A stretch of DNA of 64,000 nucleotides from Bacillales bacterium UBA6865 (GCA_002449265.1 DKCV01000015.1:31120-95119); one strand, 5' to 3'; shown: positions 9,737 through 19,588, counted from the stretch's first letter. Notes: generated from the letters alone by a model not told the origin. A program made the numbers and translations.

Positions 9737-9766
9737 AAGCTACGCCATTAAAGACGTAGCTTTTTT
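9737..9766 (+). terminator. Intrinsic terminator after upp
   Basis: AAGCTACG-ccattaaaga-CGTAGCTT followed by TTTTTT. Confidence 0.8.
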
Positions 9767-9859
9767 AATAAAGAATAAGAGTTTTTAAATATCGTTTTTA
9801 ATTTTCCTTGCAAATTCAGCCTGGATTATCAAATTCCTAGCATAAACCTCCGATAAACA

Positions 9860-9888
9860 TTTACAAAAATTTTACATTAAGCGATAAT
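9860..9888 (+). promoter_or_regulatory. Putative sigma-A promoter TTTACA-17 bp-GATAAT, containing an 11-bp-phased TTTACA direct repeat
   Basis: TTTACA at 9860..9865 and again at 9871..9876. GATAAT at 9883..9888, 30 nt upstream of the Na/Pi transporter ATG. Confidence 0.4.
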
Positions 9889-9918
9889 AAAGAACGTTGT
9901 GAAAACCGCAACATAAAT

Positions 9919-11658
9919 ATGTTTTCTTGGAACGAAGTAGCTTTTTGGACTATGACGCTTGGAGGCCTAGGATTATTCCTATATGGCATCACAAGTCTTT
10001 CTTCGACCTTAAAGAAGATGGCGTCAAGCCGTCTATCTAATGTCATCAATAAATTAGGCAAAAATCCTTTGATCGGTTTACTTGTTGGAACTGGGTTTAC
10101 CGCTATTATCCAGACCTCTGGCGGAACGAGTGCTTTAACGATTGGCTTAGTTCGCGCAGGAGTCATGAGTTTTGAGCAAGCTAGCGCAGTGATTATCGGC
10201 GCGAATATCGGCACAACGATTACCGCGTTTATCGTTTCTATTCCTTTCATGGAATATTTCCCATTAGTGCTTTTCGTTGGCTCGATTATTTTACTATTCG
10301 CCACCAAGAAAAAATGGTCGAATATCGGTGAGCTTTGTTTTGCTTTTGGCGCGATATTCTTGGGATTATGGATCGTTCAGCTTTATTTATCTAGAATCGC
10401 GGAAGAGCCAGCTTTCGTGTCTTTATTCTCTACGCTTAACGATAATCCATGGTTAGGTTTTTTAATCGGTATCGTTGCAACGGTTTGCTTACAAAGCTCG
10501 AGCGCGGTTGTTGGTGTAGCACAGGGGATTTATGCTGTAAGTGCTGGATCAGCAATTTCTTTATTCGGTATCCTCCCGATTATTTTCGGCGCGAATATCG
10601 GAACGACATCCACAGCGATTTTTGCTTCTATCGGCGGTAGTAAAGAAAGCAAGAAAGTCGCTTTATTCCACGTTATTTTTAATGTGACGGGTGCGTTACT
10701 ATTCATGGGCGTTATTTATATTTTCCGTGATTGGCTCTCTAATCCTAGTAATTTAGGCGTGGTGGATTCATCTAACAAAGTGAGTGAATGGTATGTCTCA
10801 CCAATGATTCAAATCGCTTTGTGCCATTTGATTTTCAATTTTGTGACGGGCGCGATTTTCTTTGCCTTACTTAAGCCAGTTACAAAATTAATCAACAAAA
10901 TCATTCCGACCAGCAATCAAAAGAAAATCGAACCGATTGAGCCTCTTGATTATGGTTTGATGAAAAGTTTCCCTTCAGAGGGTTTAGCTTTAGCAAAAAA
11001 ACGCACGCTGATTATGTTCTCTTACACCAAAATGATGTTTGAGACAATTAAGGAATATCTCTCTTCTTTTAAAGATGAAGACGCTGAATTCGTTCACAAT
11101 ATCGAATCCAATGTCGATATGATTGACCGTCAATTAAATGAGTATCTTTCTAGTTGCAACAAAGAGAATCTTTCAGAAGATGACGTTGCCTTGTTGCTTA
11201 GCATCTTAAAAGCGAGCAAAGATATCGAACGCATTGGCGATTATGGCGAAAATCTCATTAATTTCTATAGTGAGATTAAAGAAAAGAAAGACGAATTAAC
11301 GCCTAACGAAAAAGAGTTTTTCTCACGCGTTACCGATCAAGCCATCGCTTTTATCGTCAAGACCATCGAAGTCTATGAGAAAGCGGATAAGACGCTTGGA
11401 ATTGAAGTAATTCAGGAGCGTCGCGATTTCTTAGAGAAACTTGATGCGATTGTCGATCATCACTTTGAAGAAGAAACAACGATGAACGGTACCATCTCTA
11501 GCCGTTTTGTTGAACTCATTTATGTCGATATTATTAATTGCTATGAACGTGTTGCATCGCATTGCTCTAATATCGCTAAAATATTCGGAACCGATAAAAC
11601 TTACGTTCTCGATGAAGAAGATAAAAAACGTTTCTCTTCCTTAGCGGAACATCAATAA
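9919..11658 (+). CDS. Na/Pi cotransporter family protein with C-terminal PhoU-like domain
   Basis: Two GANIGTT repeats (GANIGTTITAF, GANIGTTSTAI) lie in a polytopic N-terminal half; the C-terminal half is helical and PhoU-like. 579 aa. No SD before the ATG. Confidence 0.85.
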   Translation: MFSWNEVAFWTMTLGGLGLFLYGITSLSSTLKKMASSRLSNVINKLGKNPLIGLLVGTGFTAIIQTSGGTSALTIGLVRAGVMSFEQASAVIIGANIGTTITAFIVSIPFMEYFPLVLFVGSIILLFATKKKWSNIGELCFAFGAIFLGLWIVQLYLSRIAEEPAFVSLFSTLNDNPWLGFLIGIVATVCLQSSSAVVGVAQGIYAVSAGSAISLFGILPIIFGANIGTTSTAIFASIGGSKESKKVALFHVIFNVTGALLFMGVIYIFRDWLSNPSNLGVVDSSNKVSEWYVSPMIQIALCHLIFNFVTGAIFFALLKPVTKLINKIIPTSNQKKIEPIEPLDYGLMKSFPSEGLALAKKRTLIMFSYTKMMFETIKEYLSSFKDEDAEFVHNIESNVDMIDRQLNEYLSSCNKENLSEDDVALLLSILKASKDIERIGDYGENLINFYSEIKEKKDELTPNEKEFFSRVTDQAIAFIVKTIEVYEKADKTLGIEVIQERRDFLEKLDAIVDHHFEEETTMNGTISSRFVELIYVDIINCYERVASHCSNIAKIFGTDKTYVLDEEDKKRFSSLAEHQ

Positions 11659-11675
11659 TTACCAAAAACAAAAAA

Positions 11676-11714
11676 GCCCTTATTTAGACTTATCGATATA
11701 AATAGGGGCGTTTT
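11676..11714. terminator. Bidirectional intrinsic terminator
   Basis: GCCCTTATTTA-12 nt loop-TAAATAGGGGC with an A-run before and GTTTT after, between convergent genes. Confidence 0.7.
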
Positions 11715-11721
11715 GAGTAGA

Positions 11722-12471
11722 TTATTCTTTTATAGTGGTCGTTGCTTTTCGATATTCTTCTTCGTTAACTTCCTTGAGCCAAATCGTTTTACTATCCTTG
11801 CCAGGTATTTCTATAGCAAGATGCGAGAACCAAGAAGCGGGGAATGCTCCATGGAAATGTTCTACGTTGCTTGGAATATATACGACGGAACCTGGTCTCA
11901 TAATAATTGGCTCTTTGCCTTTTTCTTGATAGATGCCTTTACCTTCAATTGCTAATAGAAGCTGTCCTCCGCCTTCTTTAGCGGCATGAATATGCCAATG
12001 GTTTCTACACCCTGGTTCAAATGTCACGTTCGCGACGACTATGCCATTATCTTTAGAGGTGAGCATCTTTAAATACGATTTGCCCGTGAAATATTTTTGA
12101 TAGGCGAGGTTTTCTTCACCCATTCCGAATATTCCTCCGTGATTTGATGTGTCATCATCGCCATAGACATCTTTCGCCATTTTTAACGCTGCCCAAGCGT
12201 TTGGCCAACCGGCGTAAAAAGCAACATGCGTTAAAATATCCGCCATCTCGTTACGACTAACGCCATTCTTCTTCGCGTTCAATAAATGGTATTTCAAAGA
12301 ATCGTCGGTGATGCCTTTTCCTACTAGGGCGGAAATGGTGATAATGCATCTTTCTTTTAGAGTTAAGTTATTATCGTTTGACCACACTTCTCCGAATAAG
12401 ACATCGTCATTATAGGCGGCGAATTCATCCGCAAATCCGCCCAGAGTATTTCTGCCTGCTACTTGCTTCAT
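11722..12471 (-). CDS. Carboxymuconolactone decarboxylase-family domain fused to a cupin domain
   Basis: The N-terminal half resembles the CMD/AhpD-like family (LKERCIITISALVGKG...HLLNAKKNGVSRNEMADILTHVAFYAGWPNAW). The C-terminal half is cupin-like (HWHIH...GSVVYIPSNVEHFHGA). AAGGAG SD. Confidence 0.7.
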   Translation of the reverse strand: MKQVAGRNTLGGFADEFAAYNDDVLFGEVWSNDNNLTLKERCIITISALVGKGITDDSLKYHLLNAKKNGVSRNEMADILTHVAFYAGWPNAWAALKMAKDVYGDDDTSNHGGIFGMGEENLAYQKYFTGKSYLKMLTSKDNGIVVANVTFEPGCRNHWHIHAAKEGGGQLLLAIEGKGIYQEKGKEPIIMRPGSVVYIPSNVEHFHGAFPASWFSHLAIEIPGKDSKTIWLKEVNEEEYRKATTTIKE

Positions 12472-12483
12472 CGCGATTTCTCC

Positions 12484-13023
12484 TTAAATGGAATATCCCA
12501 TGTCATAGGCTTCTTTTTGTAGGGCGGGCGCGTTTATTGCCGAATTTGAGTCTGTTAAGGAAACGCCGCGGACGATTCCTTTGATACTAGAACGAGGGTA
12601 GCATTCACTCCAACCTTCTATCGAATGAATGAAGCGCTCTAGGCAACTAGAGTCAGAATCCGCGCATGTTGCGATTAGATAAATGTCTTTAAAGTGATAA
12701 TCGCCATCGTATAGGGGATTAGAACGGTCTAGCACCGTTTTTAAGATACCTGACATTTCGTAATAATAAATCGGGCTTGCGAAGCATATTGCATCCGCCT
12801 CATTCATTAAGGGTAATAACGATTTCATATCGTCATCTAAGATGCATTTTTTTGTTTTTTGGCAAGTAAGGCATCCAACACAATATTTAATGTTTTTGCC
12901 TTTTAATGAAACAAAAACGACATTATGTCCTTTTGCCTTTGCTCCCTTTTCGAATTCTCTCGCGAGTATTTCAGAATTGCTACCGTATCTAAGACTACTT
13001 GAGATAATAAGAACTTTGCTCAT
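12484..13023 (-). CDS. NAD(P)H-dependent FMN reductase / iron-sulfur flavoprotein-like protein
   Basis: 179 aa with a flavodoxin-like N-terminus (KVLIISSSLRYGSNSE) and a Cys cluster (CVGCLTCQKTKKC). Strong SD. Confidence 0.7.
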   Translation of the reverse strand: MSKVLIISSSLRYGSNSEILAREFEKGAKAKGHNVVFVSLKGKNIKYCVGCLTCQKTKKCILDDDMKSLLPLMNEADAICFASPIYYYEMSGILKTVLDRSNPLYDGDYHFKDIYLIATCADSDSSCLERFIHSIEGWSECYPRSSIKGIVRGVSLTDSNSAINAPALQKEAYDMGYSI

Positions 13024-13056
13024 ATTGATGAACCTCCCTCTCCTAATTATATTAAT

Positions 13057-13087
13057 ATTGAAATACCTAAAGGTAACTTTAGGTCAA
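13057..13087 (-). promoter_or_regulatory. MerR-type promoter/operator for the divergent reductase-CMD/cupin operon
   Basis: On the minus strand: TTGACC (13087..13082), a 19-bp spacer, then TTCAAT (13062..13057). The spacer holds the perfect palindrome ACCTAAAG-gtaa-CTTTAGGT (13065..13084). Confidence 0.6.
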
Positions 13088-13108
13088 GTATTTTCGGAGG
13101 TAAATTCT

Positions 13109-13543
13109 ATGAATACAATCGGCGAGGTTTCTCGCGAATTCCATTTGCCAGTGTCAACACTTCGCTATTACGATAATGAGGGACTATTTCCGCATTTGGA
13201 GAAAAAGAGTGGCGTTCGTCAATTTTCACCAGAAGATAAGGAATCGCTTCGTGTGGTTGAATGCCTAAAGAAAGCGGGATTAGAGATAAAAGACATCAAG
13301 CGCTTCATGGATTGGTGCAAAGAAGGGCCCTCTACTTATGCCCAAAGAAAAGAACTTTTCGAAAAGCAAAAAGAAAAGGTGGAGCAAGAAATCGCCTCAT
13401 TAACGAAAACTTTGGCGATGATTGAATTTAAGTGCTGGTACTATGGAGAAGCGATTAAAGACGGGAACGAAAATAGAATCAAGAAGATGATCCCTGATCA
13501 TTTGCCTAATGAAATTCGCGCGATTTATGATGAATCGCACTAG
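13109..13543 (+). CDS. MerR family transcriptional regulator
   Basis: MNTIGEVSREFHLPVSTLRYYDNEGL is a canonical MerR HTH N-terminus, followed by a coiled-coil dimerisation helix. GGAGG lies 8 nt upstream. The ORF-track start at 12842 runs antisense through the neighbouring gene. Confidence 0.9.
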   Translation: MNTIGEVSREFHLPVSTLRYYDNEGLFPHLEKKSGVRQFSPEDKESLRVVECLKKAGLEIKDIKRFMDWCKEGPSTYAQRKELFEKQKEKVEQEIASLTKTLAMIEFKCWYYGEAIKDGNENRIKKMIPDHLPNEIRAIYDESH

Positions 13544-13549
13544 GATTGA

Positions 13550-13583
13550 TTAAGAGGGATGAAACACGCTTCATCCCTCTTAA
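13550..13583. terminator. Strong hairpin between convergent genes (terminator)
   Basis: Perfect 14-bp stem TTAAGAGGGATGAA-acacgc-TTCATCCCTCTTAA. The U-tracts are weak. Confidence 0.6.
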
Positions 13584-13588
13584 TGGCA

Positions 13589-15952
13589 TTACCAAACGTT
13601 CACGTATTTTTCCTTTGCTAGATACATAAAGTCCTTTTCTTTGACTTTAAACGCTTCCTTAAATTCATCACTATGCATGAGAAGTGGGTTGATTCTCCCT
13701 CCGCCTAGAGGGTGAGAATCATTCATGATCCTTGTAACATAAAAATCGGAAGTAACATAAGAAAAATTCAATTTTGCGAGTAAAATGAAGAGTTTCCGAT
13801 AGTCGAATTCTTGATAAGTTTTTGCGATGTCAAGTATCATGTTGAATCCTCCTAGGTCGGCAGTGGCTTCCATGACTTTTAATTCCCCTTTTTCTTTGTA
13901 GCCAGGAACTTCCTCAAACCCACTATAGAATTTTGACACTTTGTCATTTCTTCTTTTAAACTCTAGCATATTTTTTTCGCCAAGCCATTCGCTTACCAGC
14001 TCGTTTTTTTCGTTAAATATCGCTCCATTATTATCGAAACTATGCGTCATTTCATGCCCAATCACAAAGCCAAAATCGCAAAGTAGTTCCTCTTTGCTTT
14101 CTTCGTGGCTCTCTTTTTTGGAAAAGAAGTATCCCGGCGGAATAAAGATTGTATTTGAGGAGACATCGTTAAAGGCGTTAGCCATGAATACATCGCTTGT
14201 GTATATGGTTGCCTTTCCATCCATTTTGCCTAGCTCGCCACTAAGCAATTCCATTCTGGCTTTGTTATAGATGCAATAATTGGAATAAAGGCTGCCATCG
14301 TTATTTTTAGTGCTTTTGTATTCGTGAGTTGGCAAAAGGAGCTTTTCGCCTGTTTTGACGTTTTTGGTCATGATAACGGCCGTCATATTGTTGAGCTTCT
14401 CTTTTAATTTCTTTTTTCCTTCCCCATCAATCCACGTATTGGCGTCGAAGCGCTTTTGCAATGTGCTTTTCAGTTCGCCGAATAGGGTTTCAACCGTTTT
14501 GACGTTTTTGGTATAGCTAGTGGTTTTTTGATAGGAATCTAGAATTTCATTTGCGATATAAGGCATGAATTCTTCTTTGTCATTAATCATTTCTTTTCCT
14601 TGCATAGCTAAAATCGGCATTCGTATTTCTTTCGGCAAACAAAAATTATATTGTTGGATATAGGAATGGATTAGATAAGCCCTAAGCTCATCTTCGCTTG
14701 CTTCTGATATAGCGAGGAATAAAGCGACAATCGAGGGAAAACGCGCAACTAAGATTCGATTTGTGTCATAATTTTTCCCGCTTTCTTTCCCTCCGTATAA
14801 GTCGGACATAACAATTGCGTTTTCGTCTTCCGAAGGCCTTAAACGAACTTTGGGAAGCCCGTTAAGCGGTCCATTGCTTGTCTCTTTTACCATTGGGTTA
14901 ATGGCGAGGATTCTCTTGAGCTGGATAAAATACTTTTCCATGAAGCTTTCGTAGCTTTTTAGCCTTTCTTTAGAATCTCCTCCTACTAGGCTTCTTAAAG
15001 ACTCAAAGGATCGGTAGGCGGGGGCGAGAAATTTGACCGGATTATTGAAATCGCTTAAAAATGGAAGATTTTCATTATGTAGTACCATACAATTCCCCAT
15101 CGCGCGGGAATCTTTCATTTTCGTAGTCAATAAATATGGCAATAAGATTGATTCGCTTGAACGTTTGAATTCTTCTTTCAAAAGCTCATAGATATCTCGT
15201 TTTGACTTTTCTTGAATTTTTGCGAATAAACCTTTTAAGCCCGCTAAATTGCTCTTTTTTTCTCCTTCGTTGAAATAAGTTTCCATGAAATTATCGATTC
15301 TAGTTTTGTTTTCGCCTGTTATTTGCTTCAAAAAGGAATCTAGATTCGCATCGATGATTTTTTTATCAACGAAATTGCTACGGTAGCTTTGATCTTTCGA
15401 AAATAGTTCTTGGTGATTCACGAAACTATAGAAATCGTCTTCTGGGCTCTTTCCTATGTAACCTTGAATCCGCCTTAGGATAGTCGCAAGGTCATGTTTT
15501 GAGGGCTTATCGTGCGGATTGAAGTAATAATAGGGATGCTCAGAATTAACGTGTTTCGTTTTTGGGAAATATAATGACCGCGATTGAAAATAATCCAGGG
15601 AAGATTGTAGATTTTCGGATAATTCATCCCAATTTGCGAGCGAATATTCGTTTAATCCGCGATTTTGCGCAAAACTAATGTAATAAGGGCTTGGCCTTTC
15701 TAAGCTCGGGAAGGCTTTATGGAGCAAAAGAATCATTTTTTCATTTGTGAAGTTTTCGTCTCCTTTATAGCCTAATGAAGAGAGAAGCTTTTCTACCGCG
15801 ATGGAATGGTCATTCTTTTTTGCGACACGTACGATTTCTATCGCATTCAAATACGTTGCTCCTTTTTTATACACGTCAACATTTAAACAAGAAGCAAGGG
15901 TGGCGCTAGTCAATATAAAGAACGCAAGTAACGCAAAATTCTTATTTTTCAT
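13589..15952 (-). CDS. M13 family metallopeptidase (neprilysin/PepO-like) lipoprotein
   Basis: VIGHEMTHSFD (HExxH), EATADLGG (the ENIADxGG equivalent), an NAF motif, a C-terminal ...NVW, and a signal peptide with lipobox LASC. 787 aa. Confidence 0.85.
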   Translation of the reverse strand: MKNKNFALLAFFILTSATLASCLNVDVYKKGATYLNAIEIVRVAKKNDHSIAVEKLLSSLGYKGDENFTNEKMILLLHKAFPSLERPSPYYISFAQNRGLNEYSLANWDELSENLQSSLDYFQSRSLYFPKTKHVNSEHPYYYFNPHDKPSKHDLATILRRIQGYIGKSPEDDFYSFVNHQELFSKDQSYRSNFVDKKIIDANLDSFLKQITGENKTRIDNFMETYFNEGEKKSNLAGLKGLFAKIQEKSKRDIYELLKEEFKRSSESILLPYLLTTKMKDSRAMGNCMVLHNENLPFLSDFNNPVKFLAPAYRSFESLRSLVGGDSKERLKSYESFMEKYFIQLKRILAINPMVKETSNGPLNGLPKVRLRPSEDENAIVMSDLYGGKESGKNYDTNRILVARFPSIVALFLAISEASEDELRAYLIHSYIQQYNFCLPKEIRMPILAMQGKEMINDKEEFMPYIANEILDSYQKTTSYTKNVKTVETLFGELKSTLQKRFDANTWIDGEGKKKLKEKLNNMTAVIMTKNVKTGEKLLLPTHEYKSTKNNDGSLYSNYCIYNKARMELLSGELGKMDGKATIYTSDVFMANAFNDVSSNTIFIPPGYFFSKKESHEESKEELLCDFGFVIGHEMTHSFDNNGAIFNEKNELVSEWLGEKNMLEFKRRNDKVSKFYSGFEEVPGYKEKGELKVMEATADLGGFNMILDIAKTYQEFDYRKLFILLAKLNFSYVTSDFYVTRIMNDSHPLGGGRINPLLMHSDEFKEAFKVKEKDFMYLAKEKYVNVW

Positions 15953-16390
15953 TTTTTCTCCTCCAATAATCTTTTCGGTTTTATAAAAACATTATCTTTT
16001 TGGTAAGTCAATTTTTAAAAAAGTAGTTAAAACCTTATAAAAAAATTAAAATGTAAAATTATTTTTTTCAAAAAAAGAGCAGGAATTTTATGGTGATGAT
16101 TGATGGAAGTAGCGATAAGAATTGCTCTTTTTCAAGAATAAAAACTTGGAAAAAGAGGCGATTAATTCTTTCTCTAAATGCAAAGATTAATATTAAAAAA
16201 TGTCGAAAAAAGTTTTGTGATGATTCTTCTTCGAAATCATCTTCCTTCTAGAAATGGCTGAAAAAGAGATAAGGAACAAGAAATTTCTGCGTCTAGAAAA
16301 ATTAGGAGGGTGTAGTTTACGAATTATAATATTTATGGGTGAGATAAAATTATCTTTAGAACCTCGTCACCTTTTTTGAAAGGAACCTTT

Positions 16391-17896
16391 ATGGAAAATA
16401 GCATTCTTATCATTTCAATTCTAACCTTAATCATTTCTTCGCTCGCGATTATTTTCTCTTTCATATTGTTGCTTCTTTTTTCAAAAAGGAAAGGAATTAA
16501 GGAAGACACGATTAATTTCGACACTAAAAATCTAGAAAAAGAGCAAATCCAAAGCGCTACGGAAATCAAAGCCGCTGTCGAAAATCTCGAAAAAAGCCTT
16601 TCTTTGAAATTTGAAGGGCAAATTAACGAAAAGATGAAAGATCAGATTCTTGCGATTACTAAAGCGATGAAAGAAGGGGCGGAAACTGATACAAAACGCC
16701 TGAATGATTTTCAGCAAGCGATGACGAATAATCTCAATGAACGCGTGAGTACGATGAATGAAACCGTGAATCGACGCTTATTAGACGTCACTAGCAAAGT
16801 ATCAGAACAAATGAACGCGATGCAGCAATCAATGAAATCTTTGACGGAGAGTGATACGGCGCGCCTAAATAATTTTCAAACCGCCATTAATGAAACGATG
16901 GTTTTGCAAATGAAGGCGATGAACGAAAGAATCGATGTATCAATGAAAACTATCAATGAGAAAGTGAACCAATCTCTTAGTGATGGTTTCAAAGGGACTA
17001 GCGATTCTATGATTAGCCTTCAAAAGCAACTAGGCATGGTTCAAGAAGCACAGAAAAGCATTAATAACTTGCAAGGGGAAATAACTTCTTTAAAAGATGT
17101 TTTAAGCAATAACCAACAACGTGGAAAATACGGTGAATTTCAGCTTGAAATGCTTTTAGATAATCTTTTTCAAGGTTCAAAAGGCGTTCTTTATGATACG
17201 CAGTATATTCTTCAAGAAGCAAAAGGCGATGAATCTCAGCTTAAACCTGATGCGGTGATTTTTCTTGATGGAGAGGCGCATCATCAAATTGTTTGCATCG
17301 ATAGCAAGTTCTCCTTAACGGGATACGAAGACCTCTTCAATAGCTCCAAACATTTAGGAGAAGCGGAGATAAATAGCGCGAAGCTTTCTTTCAAAAACGC
17401 GACGAAACTTCGCATTGATGAAACCGCGAAATATATCATCAAAGGAAAAACGATTTCGAATGCTTTGATGTTTATTCCTAACGATGGCGTTTTTGCTTAT
17501 ATTCATAACGAATTCCCTGACTTAGTCGATCACGCCCTTAAAAAGAATGTCGTTATGGTTTCTCCTACGATTCTTCAACCCCTTTTAGCCTCTTTTCGTG
17601 TCATCCAAATCGATGCGAAAAAGAGCAAGAACATCAGTTTGATCAACGAGCAGCTTAACGCGCTCGCGAAAGAATTTGGGAAATTTATGCCGCGCTGGAA
17701 ATCATTAAACGATAGCATTCAAGGCCTTACGAAGAAAAGCGGTCAATTCGATACGACCGTCAACAAGATTGGCAAGAGATTTAATCGTGTTCAAACGATT
17801 GATTTCGATAAAAATGAAATGGATGAAATAACGGAAAACGAAGAAGATTCAAATCGAATTTCAATGGATAAAGTTGTAGAACCAGATTTGGATTAA
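16391..17896 (+). CDS. rmuC: DNA recombination protein RmuC
   Basis: N-terminal TM, a long coiled coil, then an RmuC nuclease-like core (QQRGKYGEFQLEMLL...PDAVIFLDG...IDSKF...MFIPNDG). The ATG at 16391 is preferred over the TTG at 16376. Confidence 0.85.
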   Translation: MENSILIISILTLIISSLAIIFSFILLLLFSKRKGIKEDTINFDTKNLEKEQIQSATEIKAAVENLEKSLSLKFEGQINEKMKDQILAITKAMKEGAETDTKRLNDFQQAMTNNLNERVSTMNETVNRRLLDVTSKVSEQMNAMQQSMKSLTESDTARLNNFQTAINETMVLQMKAMNERIDVSMKTINEKVNQSLSDGFKGTSDSMISLQKQLGMVQEAQKSINNLQGEITSLKDVLSNNQQRGKYGEFQLEMLLDNLFQGSKGVLYDTQYILQEAKGDESQLKPDAVIFLDGEAHHQIVCIDSKFSLTGYEDLFNSSKHLGEAEINSAKLSFKNATKLRIDETAKYIIKGKTISNALMFIPNDGVFAYIHNEFPDLVDHALKKNVVMVSPTILQPLLASFRVIQIDAKKSKNISLINEQLNALAKEFGKFMPRWKSLNDSIQGLTKKSGQFDTTVNKIGKRFNRVQTIDFDKNEMDEITENEEDSNRISMDKVVEPDLD

Positions 17897-17902
17897 TTCT
17901 TT

Positions 17903-19588
17903 TTAGTCGCGTTTCGCTAGTACCATTTCGCGAGCGTATTCGAGCTGCTTTTCTGTCACTTTATCTCCCGAAATGAGATAGGCAACTTGCTTTATCTTTT
18001 CTTCTAGCGATAGCTCTTTCATGTGAGAATAAGTGCGGTTACCTTTTACTTCTTTGGATATCAAAATGTGATGGTCGCTTAGTGAAGCAACTTGCGGCAT
18101 ATGGGTGATGGCGATCACTTGGCTAAATAAAGAAATCTCATGGATTTTTCTAGCAACAGCTTGGGCGGTTTCTCCACTGATACCCGTATCGATTTCATCA
18201 AAAACAACGGTAGGGACGTTATTTGCTTTAATGAATAACGCTTTCATAGCGAGCATGAGGCGACTCGCTTCGCCCCCAGAAATGACTTTGCTTAAGCTCT
18301 TTAATCCTTCGCCGACATTGGTTTCGATATAAAAATCGACGACATCAATCCCCGACTCGAACAAGCAAGAATCTACCTTTTCGTTAATTGGGAGAAAAAC
18401 GATATTGAATCTTGCTTTTAATAAAAGATCAGTGAGGCTTTTTTCTAATTCTTTCTCAATCGATTTTGCGACTTTTTGGCGGATTAAGGAAAGCTCCTTT
18501 CCTTTCTTTAACGTTTCAATGAAAGCGTCATCCATTTCTTTTTTCTTAAGAGAAATTGTTTCTCCTAAAGAAGATTCTTCGCTTAAAGTAGTGGCGAGAT
18601 CATCGCGGTAAGCGATGAGTTCAGGAAGAGTCTTTTTGTATTTTCTTCGAATCGAAGCGATGTCACTTTCTCTTTGCTCTAGTTCGTTTAAGCGCGATGA
18701 ATCATAATCGATATTGCTGAATTCTTTTTTAAGATTTTGTAGTAGGTCTAAAATCTCATAATAACGATCATCGAGCGTTTTCCATTTTTCTTCATATTGA
18801 TTTTGAAAAGAAGAGAGTTTTGCAAGGATTTTATTTAAATCATAAAAATGGTCAAGAAAATCTCCATCGATGATTTCACTTGCTTCTTGCTCTAAGGAAT
18901 ATATTTTGTCGTAGTTTCTAAGCAAAGATAATTCAGAAGAAATTCTTTCTTCTTCGTTTTCTTTTAGGTCCATGGCTTTTAGTTCTTTATATTGGTATTC
19001 ATAAAAGTCACGGTTTTCATTTAGTTTTCTTTCTTTTTCTAGCAATACTTCGTATTCGTTTTTCTTTGTTTTATAAGCCATTAATGCGGAAAGATATTCC
19101 TTTTTGTAAGAAGAAATGAGCTCAGATGAGAAACCATCGATAATCCCTAAATAGTTTTCCGGATTTAAGATCTTTTCATAATCGAATTGGCTATGAATAT
19201 CCGCTAAAAAGGGAGCGATTCTATTTAAATCATTCAAAGAAATCGGCGTGCCGTTAATTTTAATGCTGCTTTTGGATTTACCAATGATTCGTTCAACGAC
19301 GATGCCTTCTTCACTTGTTGAAATATTTAGGCGATTTAATAAAGCGTTTAAAGCGGGTTTATCAACTGAAAAATAACCTTTAATGATAGCTTTTTCTTCA
19401 CCTTGGCGAATCAATTCGCTAGAGGCTCTTGCCCCTAATAATAACGACAAAGAATCGATAACAAGGCTTTTCCCAGCCCCAGTTTCACCTGTTAAAACTG
19501 TAAAGCCGTCTTTAAAAGTGGTATCGATATTTTCGATGATTGCTAAGTTAGTAATAAATAAACGTTTCAGCACCCATTTAGTATACAC
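17903..19588 (-). CDS. recN: DNA repair protein RecN
   Basis: Walker A GETGAGKS, a central coiled coil, SGGEASRLMLA and VVFDEIDTGISG. GTG start; the exact start is uncertain. Confidence 0.9.
   Translation of the reverse strand: MYTKWVLKRLFITNLAIIENIDTTFKDGFTVLTGETGAGKSLVIDSLSLLLGARASSELIRQGEEKAIIKGYFSVDKPALNALLNRLNISTSEEGIVVERIIGKSKSSIKINGTPISLNDLNRIAPFLADIHSQFDYEKILNPENYLGIIDGFSSELISSYKKEYLSALMAYKTKKNEYEVLLEKERKLNENRDFYEYQYKELKAMDLKENEEERISSELSLLRNYDKIYSLEQEASEIIDGDFLDHFYDLNKILAKLSSFQNQYEEKWKTLDDRYYEILDLLQNLKKEFSNIDYDSSRLNELEQRESDIASIRRKYKKTLPELIAYRDDLATTLSEESSLGETISLKKKEMDDAFIETLKKGKELSLIRQKVAKSIEKELEKSLTDLLLKARFNIVFLPINEKVDSCLFESGIDVVDFYIETNVGEGLKSLSKVISGGEASRLMLAMKALFIKANNVPTVVFDEIDTGISGETAQAVARKIHEISLFSQVIAITHMPQVASLSDHHILISKEVKGNRTYSHMKELSLEEKIKQVAYLISGDKVTEKQLEYAREMVLAKRD

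Noticed and set aside
12842-13108. N-terminal extensions given by the ORF track. Examples: MerR 12842, C69 peptidase 20472, recX 26687, sufS 34365, sufU 35455, sufB 36065, mnmG 37482, ribU 42760, cmk 44219, hup 46502, nth 48075, miaB 55358, lipoproteins 30803/32841, phosphatase 24130.
   Set aside because: The extensions overlap neighbouring genes or a riboswitch and lack SDs. Internal starts with GGAGG-type SDs give N-termini that match the families.
16090-16251. 53-aa ORF (MVMIDGSSDKNC...) and a 41-aa ORF (from 16254) in the 438-bp AT-rich gap between the M13 peptidase and rmuC.
   Set aside because: They have weak or no SD, low-complexity K/S-rich sequence and no motif. The region is more simply a divergent promoter region.
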